From the NCBI GenBank assembly GCA_022487055.1, contig JAKVJJ010000006.1:3688-67687 (forward strand): DNA of 64,000 nucleotides, read 5' to 3'. A program made the translations under genes and the position numbers. Source of the DNA: Oscillospiraceae bacterium (GTDB taxonomy: Bacteria; Bacillota; Clostridia; Oscillospirales; Acutalibacteraceae). Positions 41,003 to 50,868 of the stretch are shown here, in pieces (position 1 is the first letter of the stretch; the number at the start of each line of letters is the position of its first letter). Under the pieces are notes generated by a model that had not been told where the DNA came from, did not search any database, and saw only the letters and a list, made by a program, of their open reading frames with translations.

Positions 41003-42301
41003 ATGAAACTGACAGAAGCAAAGAAAGCGTTCCTGATGGGGAACATGAATGAGAAGATAAAACATATCTACGTCTGCGGGGACGAGGGCTGCGAGACAGT
41101 CGCTCAGCGTTACGCGGACGCAATAGACTGCTTTGCATCTATTTATGGGGAAGAACGCGATGTGAGTGTTTTCAGCGCACCGGGACGCACAGAGGTGGGC
41201 GGCAACCACACCGACCACCAGCGCGGTCATGTGCTGGCGGCGGCGGTGAATCTGGATGTCATAGCCATTGCTTCCCGCAATGACGACTATAAAATCCGCA
41301 TCAAATCGCAGGGCTATCCGGAGGACGTGATTGACCTGACAGACCTTTCTGTACATAATGAGGAAAAAAATAAAAGCAAATCCATTATCCGCGGTATGGC
41401 GAATCGCTTTATTGAAATGGGGTATCCGGTGTCCGGCTTTGACGCTTACACCACTTCTCAGGTACTCAGCGGCAGCGGCCTTTCCAGCAGCGCTGCCTTT
41501 GAAGTCTTGGTTGGCACTACCATCAACGCACTGTTCTGCGGCGGCAAGGAAAGTGCCATGAAGATTGCGCAGATTGGCCAGTATGCGGAGAACGTTTATT
41601 TTGGCAAGCCAAGCGGTTTGATGGACCAGGCGGCAAGCAGCATCGGCGGTTTTGTTGCCATCAATTTTGCGGACAAAGAAAATCCGCAGGCACAGCAGGT
41701 GAATTTTGACCTCAATTTCTGCGGCTATGAACTGTGCATTATTGATACACACGCAAGCCATGCCGACCTGACACCGGATTATGCGGCTATTCCTGCAGAA
41801 ATGCGCAGTGTTGCCGCCTATTTCCACAAAGAAGTCCTCAGTGAAGTGCCGGAAGTTACCTTCTATAGTCACATTCCGGAGCTGCGCAAAGAAGTGGGCG
41901 ACCGGCCGGTTTTGCGTGCGATGCATTTTTATAAAGATGACAAATGTGCACAGGAGGAAGCAAACGCCCTGCGTCACAGTTGCTTTGAAAAATTCAAGAA
42001 GCTGGTGCTTGCTTCCGGACGCTCCTCTTTTATGTATCTGCAGAATATTTACAGTGCCACGCATTATGACCAGCAGGCGGTCAGTGTTACGCTGGGGCTG
42101 ATTGAGCACTTTGCCTCTCAGCTTCAGGAAAGGGACGCAATGGCATGGCGTGTGCACGGCGGTGGTTTTGCCGGCACGGTGCAGGCATTTGTGCCACAGA
42201 AATATGCAGGTGATTTTGTAAAGGCAATGGATAGCTGGCTGGGAGAAGGCTCCTGCCATTTGCTGCGGGTACGTCCGGTGGGCGGCACACAGATGCTGTA
42301 A
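41003..42301 (+). CDS. galK: Galactokinase
   Basis: PGRTEVGGNHTDH, GSGLSSSA, HGGGFAG. Confidence 0.93.
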   Translation: MKLTEAKKAFLMGNMNEKIKHIYVCGDEGCETVAQRYADAIDCFASIYGEERDVSVFSAPGRTEVGGNHTDHQRGHVLAAAVNLDVIAIASRNDDYKIRIKSQGYPEDVIDLTDLSVHNEEKNKSKSIIRGMANRFIEMGYPVSGFDAYTTSQVLSGSGLSSSAAFEVLVGTTINALFCGGKESAMKIAQIGQYAENVYFGKPSGLMDQAASSIGGFVAINFADKENPQAQQVNFDLNFCGYELCIIDTHASHADLTPDYAAIPAEMRSVAAYFHKEVLSEVPEVTFYSHIPELRKEVGDRPVLRAMHFYKDDKCAQEEANALRHSCFEKFKKLVLASGRSSFMYLQNIYSATHYDQQAVSVTLGLIEHFASQLQERDAMAWRVHGGGFAGTVQAFVPQKYAGDFVKAMDSWLGEGSCHLLRVRPVGGTQML

Positions 42302-42345
42302 GAATTGTCTTTGGGGAAATGACAGAAATTTGGAGGATATAAGAA

Positions 42346-43329
42346 ATGGCTGAATTAAGATGGAATCCGTTTTTACAGGACTGGCACATGATTGCGAGCA
42401 ACCGGCAGAACCGCCCGCAGATGCCGAAGGATTACTGCCCCTTCTGCCCAAGCTTTGGCAATGTGCCGGACTATGAAGTCATGGAGTATGACAATGATTT
42501 CCCGGCACTGACGCAGGATCCGCCCGCGCCGGACGACGTTGCCACTGACTTCTTTAAGACTGCTCCGAATTACGGCAAGTGCGAAGTGATTCTGTATTCC
42601 CCGGGACACAACACTTCCATTACAGAACTGTCTGACAGCCATATGCGCAAGCTGGTTGACCTTTGGTGCGAACGCTTTGGCAAAATGGCCACGGACGAAA
42701 AAATCAAGTATGTTTTTCCGTTTGAAAACCGCGGCGCGGCAGTGGGTACCACCATGCCCCATCCGCACGGCCAGATGTACGGCTACTCATTTATCCCAAA
42801 AAGAATTAAGGTTGAATCCGGCAGTGCAAAGGAGTATTATGAGAAGAACGGGAGCTGCCTGTTCTGCGATACGCTGACAAATGAACGGAAGGAAAAGAAG
42901 CGTATTATTTTCAGCAATGACCACTTCACGGTCTATCTGCCTTTCTATACGGATTATCCGTATGGTGTCTATATTATGGCAAACCGTCATGTTCCGTATA
43001 TCACAGACCTGACAGACGCGGAAAAAGACAGCCTGGGCACAACCATCCGTGACACGGTGGGAATGCTGGACGCGCTCTTTGACTATCGCTTCCCATACAT
43101 GATGTGTATGTACAGTGCGCCGGTCAACAGCGGAGATTACAGCCGCTTTTTCCATTATCACATTAAGTTTTTCCCGCCGATGCGCAGCGCGGAAAAGCAG
43201 AAGTTCAACGCCTCCAGCGAAACAGGCGCATGGGCAAACTGCAACCCGACTTGCCCCGAAAAGACCAGCGACGAACTCCGCGCGGCTTATCAGAAATATC
43301 TGCAAAACCGCCCGGTGCAGGACCAGTGA
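42346..43329 (+). CDS. galT: Galactose-1-phosphate uridylyltransferase (type I)
   Basis: CPFCP; FENRG..VG..MPHPHGQ. Confidence 0.94.
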   Translation: MAELRWNPFLQDWHMIASNRQNRPQMPKDYCPFCPSFGNVPDYEVMEYDNDFPALTQDPPAPDDVATDFFKTAPNYGKCEVILYSPGHNTSITELSDSHMRKLVDLWCERFGKMATDEKIKYVFPFENRGAAVGTTMPHPHGQMYGYSFIPKRIKVESGSAKEYYEKNGSCLFCDTLTNERKEKKRIIFSNDHFTVYLPFYTDYPYGVYIMANRHVPYITDLTDAEKDSLGTTIRDTVGMLDALFDYRFPYMMCMYSAPVNSGDYSRFFHYHIKFFPPMRSAEKQKFNASSETGAWANCNPTCPEKTSDELRAAYQKYLQNRPVQDQ

Positions 43330-43386
43330 GTTCGCTCCCGCAAAAGTTTTGTGTGCCGGCATGACCGGCAGAAAGGACATCAGAAT

Positions 43387-44397
43387 ATGAAAACTATCTT
43401 GGTAACCGGTGGAGCCGGTTTCATTGGCAGCCACACCTGTGTGGAGCTGCTGAACCACAATTACAATATCGTTGTCATGGACAACTTTGTCAATTCCAGC
43501 ATGGGTGCCGTGAATGCCATCCGCACCATCACAGGGAAAACTTTCCCGTTCTATGAATGCGATATGCTGGATGAAGAAGCTTTTGAAAAAGTTTTTCAGG
43601 AAAACAAAATTGATGCGGTCATCCACTTCGCCGGTCTGAAGGCAGTGGGCGAGAGCGTGCATAAGCCGCTGGAATATTACCACAACAACTTGACCGGCAC
43701 TTTGGTGCTGCTGAAGCTGATGCGCAAATACGGCGTGCATCAGTTTGTGTTCAGTTCCTCCGCCACTGTTTACGGCAGTAAGAACCCGGTTCCGTTCCGT
43801 GAGGACATGCCCATCGGCGGCACCACAAATCCTTATGGCACCACTAAGGTCATGATTGAGCGTATTCTGCAGGACGTCTGTGTGGCAGATAAGGAAATGA
43901 AAGTTGCGCTGCTGCGTTACTTTAACCCAATCGGCGCACATTCGTCCGGACTGATTGGCGAGAACCCGAATGGCATTCCAAACAACCTTATGCCGTATGT
44001 TGCCCGTGTGGCTGCCGGAATCCTGCCCTGTCTGTCCGTATACGGCGATGATTATGATACACCTGATGGAACCGGCGTGCGCGATTACATTCACGTCTGT
44101 GATCTTGCAAGCGGTCATATCAGTGCGCTGGAGAAGCTGGACACTGTGAGCGGCTGTGTGATTTACAATCTGGGCACCGGCAAGGGCAGCAGTGTGCTGG
44201 AAGTTGTGCACGCATTTGAAAAGGCTTCCGGCAAAAAGGTAAACTATAAGATTACCCCGCGCCGTGACGGTGACATTGCCACCTGCTATGCGGATGTTTC
44301 CAAAGCAAAGAAAGAGCTTGGCTGGGAAGCAAAATATGACCTGGATGATATGTGCCGGGATTCATGGAATTTTATTCAGCACACCAAGCAGAATTGA
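43387..44397 (+). CDS. galE: UDP-glucose 4-epimerase
   Basis: GGAGFIGS, FSSSATVYG, YGTTK. Confidence 0.96.
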   Translation: MKTILVTGGAGFIGSHTCVELLNHNYNIVVMDNFVNSSMGAVNAIRTITGKTFPFYECDMLDEEAFEKVFQENKIDAVIHFAGLKAVGESVHKPLEYYHNNLTGTLVLLKLMRKYGVHQFVFSSSATVYGSKNPVPFREDMPIGGTTNPYGTTKVMIERILQDVCVADKEMKVALLRYFNPIGAHSSGLIGENPNGIPNNLMPYVARVAAGILPCLSVYGDDYDTPDGTGVRDYIHVCDLASGHISALEKLDTVSGCVIYNLGTGKGSSVLEVVHAFEKASGKKVNYKITPRRDGDIATCYADVSKAKKELGWEAKYDLDDMCRDSWNFIQHTKQN

Positions 44398-44470
44398 TGC
44401 GATAAAACATACAAAAATTTGAAATAAAAATTGGAATTGAAATTTTGTAAACAATCCGCTATAATGAGTA

Positions 44471-44620
44471 CTTGTAATAAAGAGCTTTCTACACTTATTT
44501 ATTACACATACGTCAACAAAAGCAGATTGATGCCCCTGTCGGGCCGTCTGCGTTCCACATACCTGCTATGAGAGGAATTTTTGTTGAGATGAGGAGCTGC
44601 CATTCGGTGGCTCCTTTTCC
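44471..44620 (+). ncRNA. Candidate structured sRNA (~150 nt)
   Basis: TTGAAA-17-TATAAT promoter (44437-44465), several stems and an intrinsic terminator; no ORF. Confidence 0.6.
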
Positions 44621-44701
44621 TTTATGGCAGGATATTTAAAATATGCAAAATAAAAAGCACAGTCAGCAGAAAACCGTTCTGCCTGTCTGTGCTTTGTTAA
44701 A

Positions 44702-45514
44702 TTACATTTTCTTTAGAATTGCTGCAATCAGCCGCTGCAGGTCATGGCCGCGCGCGTCTGCCGTTTGAATAACTTCCGCACCATCAAGCGGCTGGTCAAG
44801 AATACCTGCACCCATGTTGGTAATGAGAGAGAAACCGAGCACCTGCAGCCCACAATGAGAGGCGGCAATCGCTTCCGGCACGGTTGACATTCCCACAGCG
44901 TCCGCCCCCATAGTGCGGAACATCCGGATTTCAGCCGGCGTTTCATAGCTTGGGCCGGTTGTGGCAAGATAAACACCCTGCTGCAGGGAAATACCACATT
45001 CCTGTGCAGCCTGCAGTGCCAGTTCACGCAGCGCGGGGGTGTAAACATGGGACATATCCGGAAAGCGGGGACCAATTTTTTCGTCATTCTGGCCAATGAG
45101 CGGATTGGTGCCCAGCAGGTTGATGTGGTCGGTCAGCAGCATCAGGTCACCGGGTGTGTAATTGGTGTTAACACCACCTGCCGCATTGGTCAGGATGAGA
45201 GCCTGTGCGCCCAGCGCTTTCATCACACGGATGGGGAATACGATGTCCTCCATCTGGTGTCCCTCATAAAAGTGCAGGCGCCCCTGCATACAAACCACCG
45301 GCACAGAGCCGATGGTGCCCAGCAGCAGACGGCCGGCGTGCCCCGGTGCTGTGGAGGGAGCAAATCCCGGCAGGTCACGGTAGGGCAGGACACAGGGATT
45401 TTCCACACTGTCAGCTAATCCGCCCAGCCCGGAGCCGAGCACAATGCCGACTTTTGGCACAAGGTCTGTTTTTTCACGGATGGCCGCTACTGCGGCGTTT
45501 ACTTTTTCAAGCAT
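44702..45514 (-). CDS. punA: Purine nucleoside phosphorylase
   Basis: GSGLG, GRLHFYEG, GPSYETPAE, GMSTVPE. Confidence 0.95.
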   Translation of the reverse strand: MLEKVNAAVAAIREKTDLVPKVGIVLGSGLGGLADSVENPCVLPYRDLPGFAPSTAPGHAGRLLLGTIGSVPVVCMQGRLHFYEGHQMEDIVFPIRVMKALGAQALILTNAAGGVNTNYTPGDLMLLTDHINLLGTNPLIGQNDEKIGPRFPDMSHVYTPALRELALQAAQECGISLQQGVYLATTGPSYETPAEIRMFRTMGADAVGMSTVPEAIAASHCGLQVLGFSLITNMGAGILDQPLDGAEVIQTADARGHDLQRLIAAILKKM

Positions 45515-45701
45515 TTTATTCAATTCCTCCCGAAAAGTAGTCTGATATTTGCTGGCCGCAGATTCCTTCAGCAATACAATTATAGGCGATTCCGTGTTGG
45601 TGTGCAAGCTATGTTTTTCGTTTTTAAAATATGCACAGAAGTGTAACATTTCATTCACAGCTCATTCAATCGTATGACACAACCGAAATCTATACTTTCA
45701 A

Positions 45702-45841
45702 GTGTTCAAGGGTACAAGCCGAACCGCGGAATTGCCAACTGCGGTGTACCCGGGACTTCAGTTTGTTTTCATAAAGATTTCTCCTCTCTTAACAGCACAG
45801 TGCCCATGTAGCTTGAAAGCCGCATGGGCACTGTGCTTTTT
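45702..45841 (+). ncRNA. Candidate sRNA with CU-rich single-stranded tract
   Basis: 5' hairpin GGGTACA..TGTACCC, TTTCTCCTCTCT tract, strong terminator AGCACAGTGCCCATG/CATGGGCACTGTGCT-TTT. Confidence 0.5.
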
Positions 45842-46009
45842 AAAATTACTTATTCATCTGGGTCTGCATAAACCATTAAAACGGATTGGGTGCCGCCATT
45901 ATCAACTGCTTGCTGAACCTTTCCTTTAAACTTAACGGCTTGGCCAATGTATTGCTGAGGATTCCTTGCCGCATCTTTATAACTAATTGTTGAACAAGAC
46001 CTTTATATC

Positions 46010-46171
46010 ATGGGTTGGCAGGCAAAAAGCGAGCAGTGGCAGCGCAATGACGACCAGCCGGACACTCAGCAGGCGCCAGAAAAGCAGCCGTCATTTGATT
46101 TAGATGCCTATGAGCGTGACAGCATGGCAAAGTTTGCGGGCAGCGGGAATTTGAAAACTATCTTTTGCTGA
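46010..46171 (+). pseudogene. Possible C-terminal fragment of a phage replication protein
   Basis: GWQAKSEQWQRN...QPSFDLDAYE; no RBS. Confidence 0.35.
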
Positions 46172-46249
46172 AATTGGAGGGGACATAGCAAGAATCATGA
46201 CGAAAACTACAAAAAGCCGCTCCCGAATGGGGAACGGCAAAGAGATGAC

Positions 46250-46588
46250 TTACATCGAACGGCATTCACTTGCACATTTTTTGCACTCTGCCGCACATTT
46301 CTGGCAATGGTCATCCTGAAACTGTGCGCAGCTGGAGGAACATTCGTCACAGATAAATGCGCAGAGCTGGCAGATTTCTTTGACATGTGCGGATTCCATT
46401 TCCATGAAGCATGCAGCTTCTTTGCAAATGCTGGCACATCCCATCATCATTTTGATGTGGTCTTTCCGTGCAGAAACGTCTGGTTTTTCCAAACAAAGTT
46501 TAATGCATTCGTGACACGCTTGTGCGCATTTATTGCATTCATCGATGCAGGTCTGATATTTGTCAGTGCTGTTTGTTACAACTCCCAT
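46250..46588 (-). CDS. Four-helix-bundle copper storage protein (Csp3/YhjQ, DUF326)
   Basis: Repeated CxxxCxxC motifs; HCQKCAAECKKCASEC. Confidence 0.92.
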   Translation of the reverse strand: MGVVTNSTDKYQTCIDECNKCAQACHECIKLCLEKPDVSARKDHIKMMMGCASICKEAACFMEMESAHVKEICQLCAFICDECSSSCAQFQDDHCQKCAAECKKCASECRSM

Positions 46589-46727
46589 AGTTGAATCTCC
46601 TTGTAAAGTATTTTATTTTCCTTGCATTATCTTAACTAACTATAAGATTTTTATACCGGCAGGAGAGCTATGGGAATAAAAAATGGCCCCGTCCAAAAAG
46701 GGCGGAGCCGGATGTAGTCGATATGGC

Positions 46728-46808
46728 TTATTTACAGCCGCTGCAGTTGCAGTTGCCGCAGTTGCCGAGTAACTGCTGAAGCAGTTGGAGCAATTCCTGA
46801 CATGTCAT
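46728..46808 (-). CDS. 26-aa Cys-rich small peptide
   Basis: AAGGAGG RBS; MTCQELLQLLQQLLGNCGNCNCSGCK; own terminator at ~46679-46712. Confidence 0.65.
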   Translation of the reverse strand: MTCQELLQLLQQLLGNCGNCNCSGCK

Positions 46809-47103
46809 GGCAGAAGCCTCCTTTTTTGTTTTGATGTTCCTCTTTTGGAACACCCATATCCTATCATGATTCATGCACGGCTTCAACCCTATAATTTTGG
46901 TAAATTTGTTAAGTAAATGAATGGAAATTTTTCTGACATTATTTAATTTGTACAAATTTGAATGAAATGAAATCAAAAATATGAATGGAGGAAATGAATG
47001 AGTTAATCTCGATTTACCGGACCGCCGGTCGGTAAAACCCAACAGCGTAACAGTTGCTGGATTTCCATTTGACAAATCGTATTTTGTATGCTATACTATT
47101 TAA

Positions 47104-47283
47104 GTTGGAAATATTCAACAAGCCTATCTTTTCGTGCCAAACCGAAGGCTTTAAATTCGGCGTTGAAGTCATTTATGAACTGTTTCAAAGGCCAATCAAC
47201 AAAAGCAGGTATAGCAGTCGATAACCCGGGCGTTACACGGGACCAAATATTATTGGGCATCCACTTCGGTGGGTGCCTTTTTC
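47104..47283 (+). ncRNA. Candidate structured ncRNA (~180 nt)
   Basis: Near-consensus TTGACA-17-TATACT with TG extension (47069-47097), several hairpins, terminator GGCATCCAC-TTCG-GTGGGTGCC-TTTTT; no RBS-led ORF. Confidence 0.65.
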
Positions 47284-47363
47284 ATGCTCCTAATTTTCCT
47301 TGTTGCTTATAAAAAATGTCCGGCTGTTTCATTATGAAAAGCAGCCGGACACATAAACCGATT

Positions 47364-47795
47364 TTATTGATGTGGACGTTCATACTCCTGCTCGCAGTAA
47401 ATGCAGCGGTAACGGCGTGTCTCGGAGTCGCAGAGCTTGAAAATCTGGTCGACGCCTTCTTCAATGGTCGTAATGCAGCGGGGATTCTTGCAGGTAATCA
47501 CATTTTTAATGTATTCCGGCAGGGCTAAAGATTTTTTCTGCACGATATGGCCATTTTCAATGTAGTCAACGGTGACATTCGGATCAATGAATCCCAGCAC
47601 ATCCAAATCGACGTCCACTTTGCCTTCAATTTTAATAATATCCTTGCGCCCCAGCTTGCTGCTGCGGGCATTTTTAATGACTGCCACACAGCAATCCAAC
47701 TTTTCCAGATGCAGCAAATCATAGATGCGCATACTCGTGCCGGCACTGATATGGTCAATGACGATGCCAGTCTGCAGAGAATCAATATTCAGCAT
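47364..47795 (-). CDS. pyrI: Aspartate carbamoyltransferase regulatory chain
   Basis: GIVIDHI; CKNPRCIT; YRCIYCE. Confidence 0.95.
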   Translation of the reverse strand: MLNIDSLQTGIVIDHISAGTSMRIYDLLHLEKLDCCVAVIKNARSSKLGRKDIIKIEGKVDVDLDVLGFIDPNVTVDYIENGHIVQKKSLALPEYIKNVITCKNPRCITTIEEGVDQIFKLCDSETRRYRCIYCEQEYERPHQ

Positions 47796-48715
47796 GGCAG
47801 TTTCACCCCCAGCAAAGTTAAAATCAAAGCTTGGCGCACATAGACACCATTTTGTACCTGATCAAAATAGGCGGCACGCGGGTCATCGTCCACATCCAGC
47901 GCTATTTCATTCACGCGCGGCAGGGGATGCAGTACATACATATCCGGTTTTGCCGTCTGCAGCTTTGCTTCTGTCAGAATATAGCTGTCTTTTAGGCGGA
48001 CATAGTCAGCTTCATTGAAGAAGCGTTCTTTCTGCACACGCGTCATATACAGAATATCCAAATTCGGCAGCACGGACTCTAAATCTGTGACTTCCTCATA
48101 GGAGATGTTCTTGGGTTTCAGTACTTCTTCAATGATATAATCCGGCACGCGCAGTTCTTCGGGTGAAATCAGCACAAACCGAATGCCCTCATAGCGTGCC
48201 AGTGATTTGATAAGCGAATGTACGGTGCGGCCAAACTTGAGGTCGCCGCACAACCCAATCGTCAGGTTATGCAGACGGCCTTTCTTGCAGCGAATCGTCA
48301 TCAGGTCTGTCAGCGTCTGGGTGGGGTGCTGATGGCCGCCGTCTCCCGCGTTGATGACCGGAATCTTGGAAAACTGGGCTGCCCGGCGCGGCGCACCTTC
48401 CTTTGGGTGACGCATGGCGCAGATGTCCGCGAAACAGGACACCACACGAATGGTATCGGCCACACTTTCGCCTTTGGTGGCAGAAGATGTGGCGGCGGAA
48501 TGAAAGCCCATGACACTGCCGCCCATATTCAGCATGGCGGTTTCAAAGCTCATGCGTGTGCGGGTGCTTGGCTCATAAAAAAGGGTGGCCAGCTTTTTGC
48601 CGTCACACAGATGAGCATATTTCTGGGGATTTGCTGCAATATCGTCCGCAAGATTCAACAGACGGTCAATTTCGGAAACGGACAAGTCCAGCGGATCTAT
48701 CAAATGTCTGACCAT
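47789..48715 (-). CDS. pyrB: Aspartate carbamoyltransferase catalytic chain
   Basis: [17 protein letters not shown]. Confidence 0.97.
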   Translation of the reverse strand: MVRHLIDPLDLSVSEIDRLLNLADDIAANPQKYAHLCDGKKLATLFYEPSTRTRMSFETAMLNMGGSVMGFHSAATSSATKGESVADTIRVVSCFADICAMRHPKEGAPRRAAQFSKIPVINAGDGGHQHPTQTLTDLMTIRCKKGRLHNLTIGLCGDLKFGRTVHSLIKSLARYEGIRFVLISPEELRVPDYIIEEVLKPKNISYEEVTDLESVLPNLDILYMTRVQKERFFNEADYVRLKDSYILTEAKLQTAKPDMYVLHPLPRVNEIALDVDDDPRAAYFDQVQNGVYVRQALILTLLGVKLPC

Positions 48716-48807
48716 GGTTCCTCCTGCATTTTGGTCTGCGGGCAGCTTGCGCAGACTCTCTGACTACCGGGCTGAGCTGCACAGCCGGTTTTTTGCCGAA
48801 AGTGCGT

Positions 48808-50592
48808 TTACTTACTCAGCGGACTGCAGGCCTTTTTCAGCCATGTGCGTTCTTCTTCTGTCAGTTTCGGGGCAAGGGTGTCATAAACGCGCTTATGATA
48901 AGCATCCAGATAAGCGGTTTCCTCGGCGGAGAGCAGCTCCGGCAGGATTGCGGTTTTGTCAATCGGGAACACGGTGAGCGGACGGAAAGCATAGAACTGG
49001 CCGTACTCTGTCTTTTCACCCTGCACGACTTCCAGTGTATTTTCCGTGCGGATACCGAATTCCCCTTCCATATACAGGCCGGGTTCATCCGTGATCGTCA
49101 TGCCGGGAATCAGCGGCACAGTGCTGCTGCGGAAGCTGTGCGGGCCTTCATGCACAGCACCAAGATAGCCGACCCCGTGACCTGTGCCGCAGCGGTAATC
49201 CAAGCCGTGCTTCCAAACCTGTACACGGGCGATAGCGTCCAAATCCTTGCCGGTCGTGCCTTGCGGGAACACAGCACCGGCAATATCAATGTGAGATTTC
49301 AGTACCCATGTGTAGCATGCTTTTTCCTTCTGTGTCAGCGGCCCCATCGCAAAGGTGCGGGTGACATCGGTTGTGCCGGTCAGATACTGTCCGCCGGAGT
49401 CAACCAGCAGGAAACTCTTTGGCTGCAGGGAAGCGTGCTGCTCGGCAGTCGGGCCATAATGCATCATAGCTGCATTAGCACCATAAGCTGCGATTGTGTT
49501 GAAACTTTCGCCGCGGTTTCCGGGCATCTGGGAGCGATACTTGTGGGCAATTTCCACAGCGTCCCATTCCGTCAGCACTTCACCGGCCGCCATGCGCCGC
49601 TCCAACTCCATCTTAAAGCGAACCAGCGCGATGCCGTCATAAATATGGCAGGTGCGCATATTTTCGCATTCGGTTGGATTCTTGGCAGCTTTCACGTCCG
49701 TAATGATATCGTGACCTTCCACTGCCTGCACATCTTTGCCCTCGGTCATACTGCGGTAAAGGCTGAAGCTGATGTCCGGCTTGCTGACCAACACTTTGGA
49801 GGCATCGAAGCCTTTCTTCAGGTCGGATTCAAGCTGTGCATAAGGACGGACTTCCACGCCGGACTTCTTCATGTAATCGGCGGCCGAAGCTTCCAGCCGC
49901 TTTGCGTCCAGATAGAGCCACGCGGCCTTATCGGTGACCAGCAGGAAAGCAATGGCAAATGGATTATAGTCAATATCGGAAGCACGCAGGTTTGTAGCCC
50001 ATGCCACATCGCCCAGTAGGCTGTAAAGCTGTGCATCCGCGCCGGCTTTTTTCAGTTCGGCACGTACCTGTGCCAGTTTGTCTGCGCAGGATTTGCCGGC
50101 ATAGCGTTCTTCCAGCAGCCAGACCGGTGTGGCCGGCAGTTCGGGGCGGTCGTTTGTCCAAACTTCGGCAACCAGGTCGCAGTCGAGCAATTCGGAACCT
50201 GCGGCAGAAAGCTTCCGCTCCAGGATTTCGGCGTCGCCCTCAGAGAGGAGCCTGCCGTCCACTGCCACTTTGCCGTGACGGATGTGTTCTCCAAGATATT
50301 CACTGACGGTGGGGACACCCGGTTCCCGCATCTTCATCAGTTTAACCGGTGTGCCCGCAAGCTGCTGGTCAGCCTGAATGAAGAACCGGCCGTCTGTCCA
50401 CAGCAGGCTCTCCTCTTTTGTCACCACCAGTGTGCCGGCATCCCCGGTAAACCCGGAGAACCAGCGGCGGGATTCCCAGTATGCGGGAATGTACTCGCTC
50501 ATGTGCGGGTCGCTGGTTGGCAGAATGACGGCATCTGCACCGTGTCCTGTCATTTTTGTGCGCAGCGCTTCAATCTTTTCGGCTACTGTCAT
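48808..50592 (-). CDS. Xaa-Pro aminopeptidase (M24)
   Basis: DPHMSEY, DSGGQY..GTTD, GHGVG, EPG.Y. Confidence 0.93.
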   Translation of the reverse strand: MTVAEKIEALRTKMTGHGADAVILPTSDPHMSEYIPAYWESRRWFSGFTGDAGTLVVTKEESLLWTDGRFFIQADQQLAGTPVKLMKMREPGVPTVSEYLGEHIRHGKVAVDGRLLSEGDAEILERKLSAAGSELLDCDLVAEVWTNDRPELPATPVWLLEERYAGKSCADKLAQVRAELKKAGADAQLYSLLGDVAWATNLRASDIDYNPFAIAFLLVTDKAAWLYLDAKRLEASAADYMKKSGVEVRPYAQLESDLKKGFDASKVLVSKPDISFSLYRSMTEGKDVQAVEGHDIITDVKAAKNPTECENMRTCHIYDGIALVRFKMELERRMAAGEVLTEWDAVEIAHKYRSQMPGNRGESFNTIAAYGANAAMMHYGPTAEQHASLQPKSFLLVDSGGQYLTGTTDVTRTFAMGPLTQKEKACYTWVLKSHIDIAGAVFPQGTTGKDLDAIARVQVWKHGLDYRCGTGHGVGYLGAVHEGPHSFRSSTVPLIPGMTITDEPGLYMEGEFGIRTENTLEVVQGEKTEYGQFYAFRPLTVFPIDKTAILPELLSAEETAYLDAYHKRVYDTLAPKLTEEERTWLKKACSPLSK

Positions 50593-50868
50593 TATGTTTG
50601 TGCTTCCTTTCCTGCAGCAGGCTGAACTTCGTGTATGCAGGGAAAAAGCCCGCCCGGAGCAGTGGAACTTAGCCGGATGAGCTTCTTTGCTGAATCGGCA
50701 CAGCCTGTGCCGCTGTTATGTGTATTTGTAAGCAAAGTCTGCTGCGAAAAATGAATTCATGCAGACAAATTCCTGCAGAAGCATCCTTCACCAGACCTTA
50801 ATTAAACAGTATACGATTTTTGCGGTTTTCTGTCAAGGCAGAGGGAGGCTGCACACAAAAAGACTTTT

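Noticed and set aside
47088-47312. 74-aa ORF overlapping the ncRNA candidate
   Set aside because: The start codon lies inside the promoter spacer, there is no RBS, and the frame runs through the terminator
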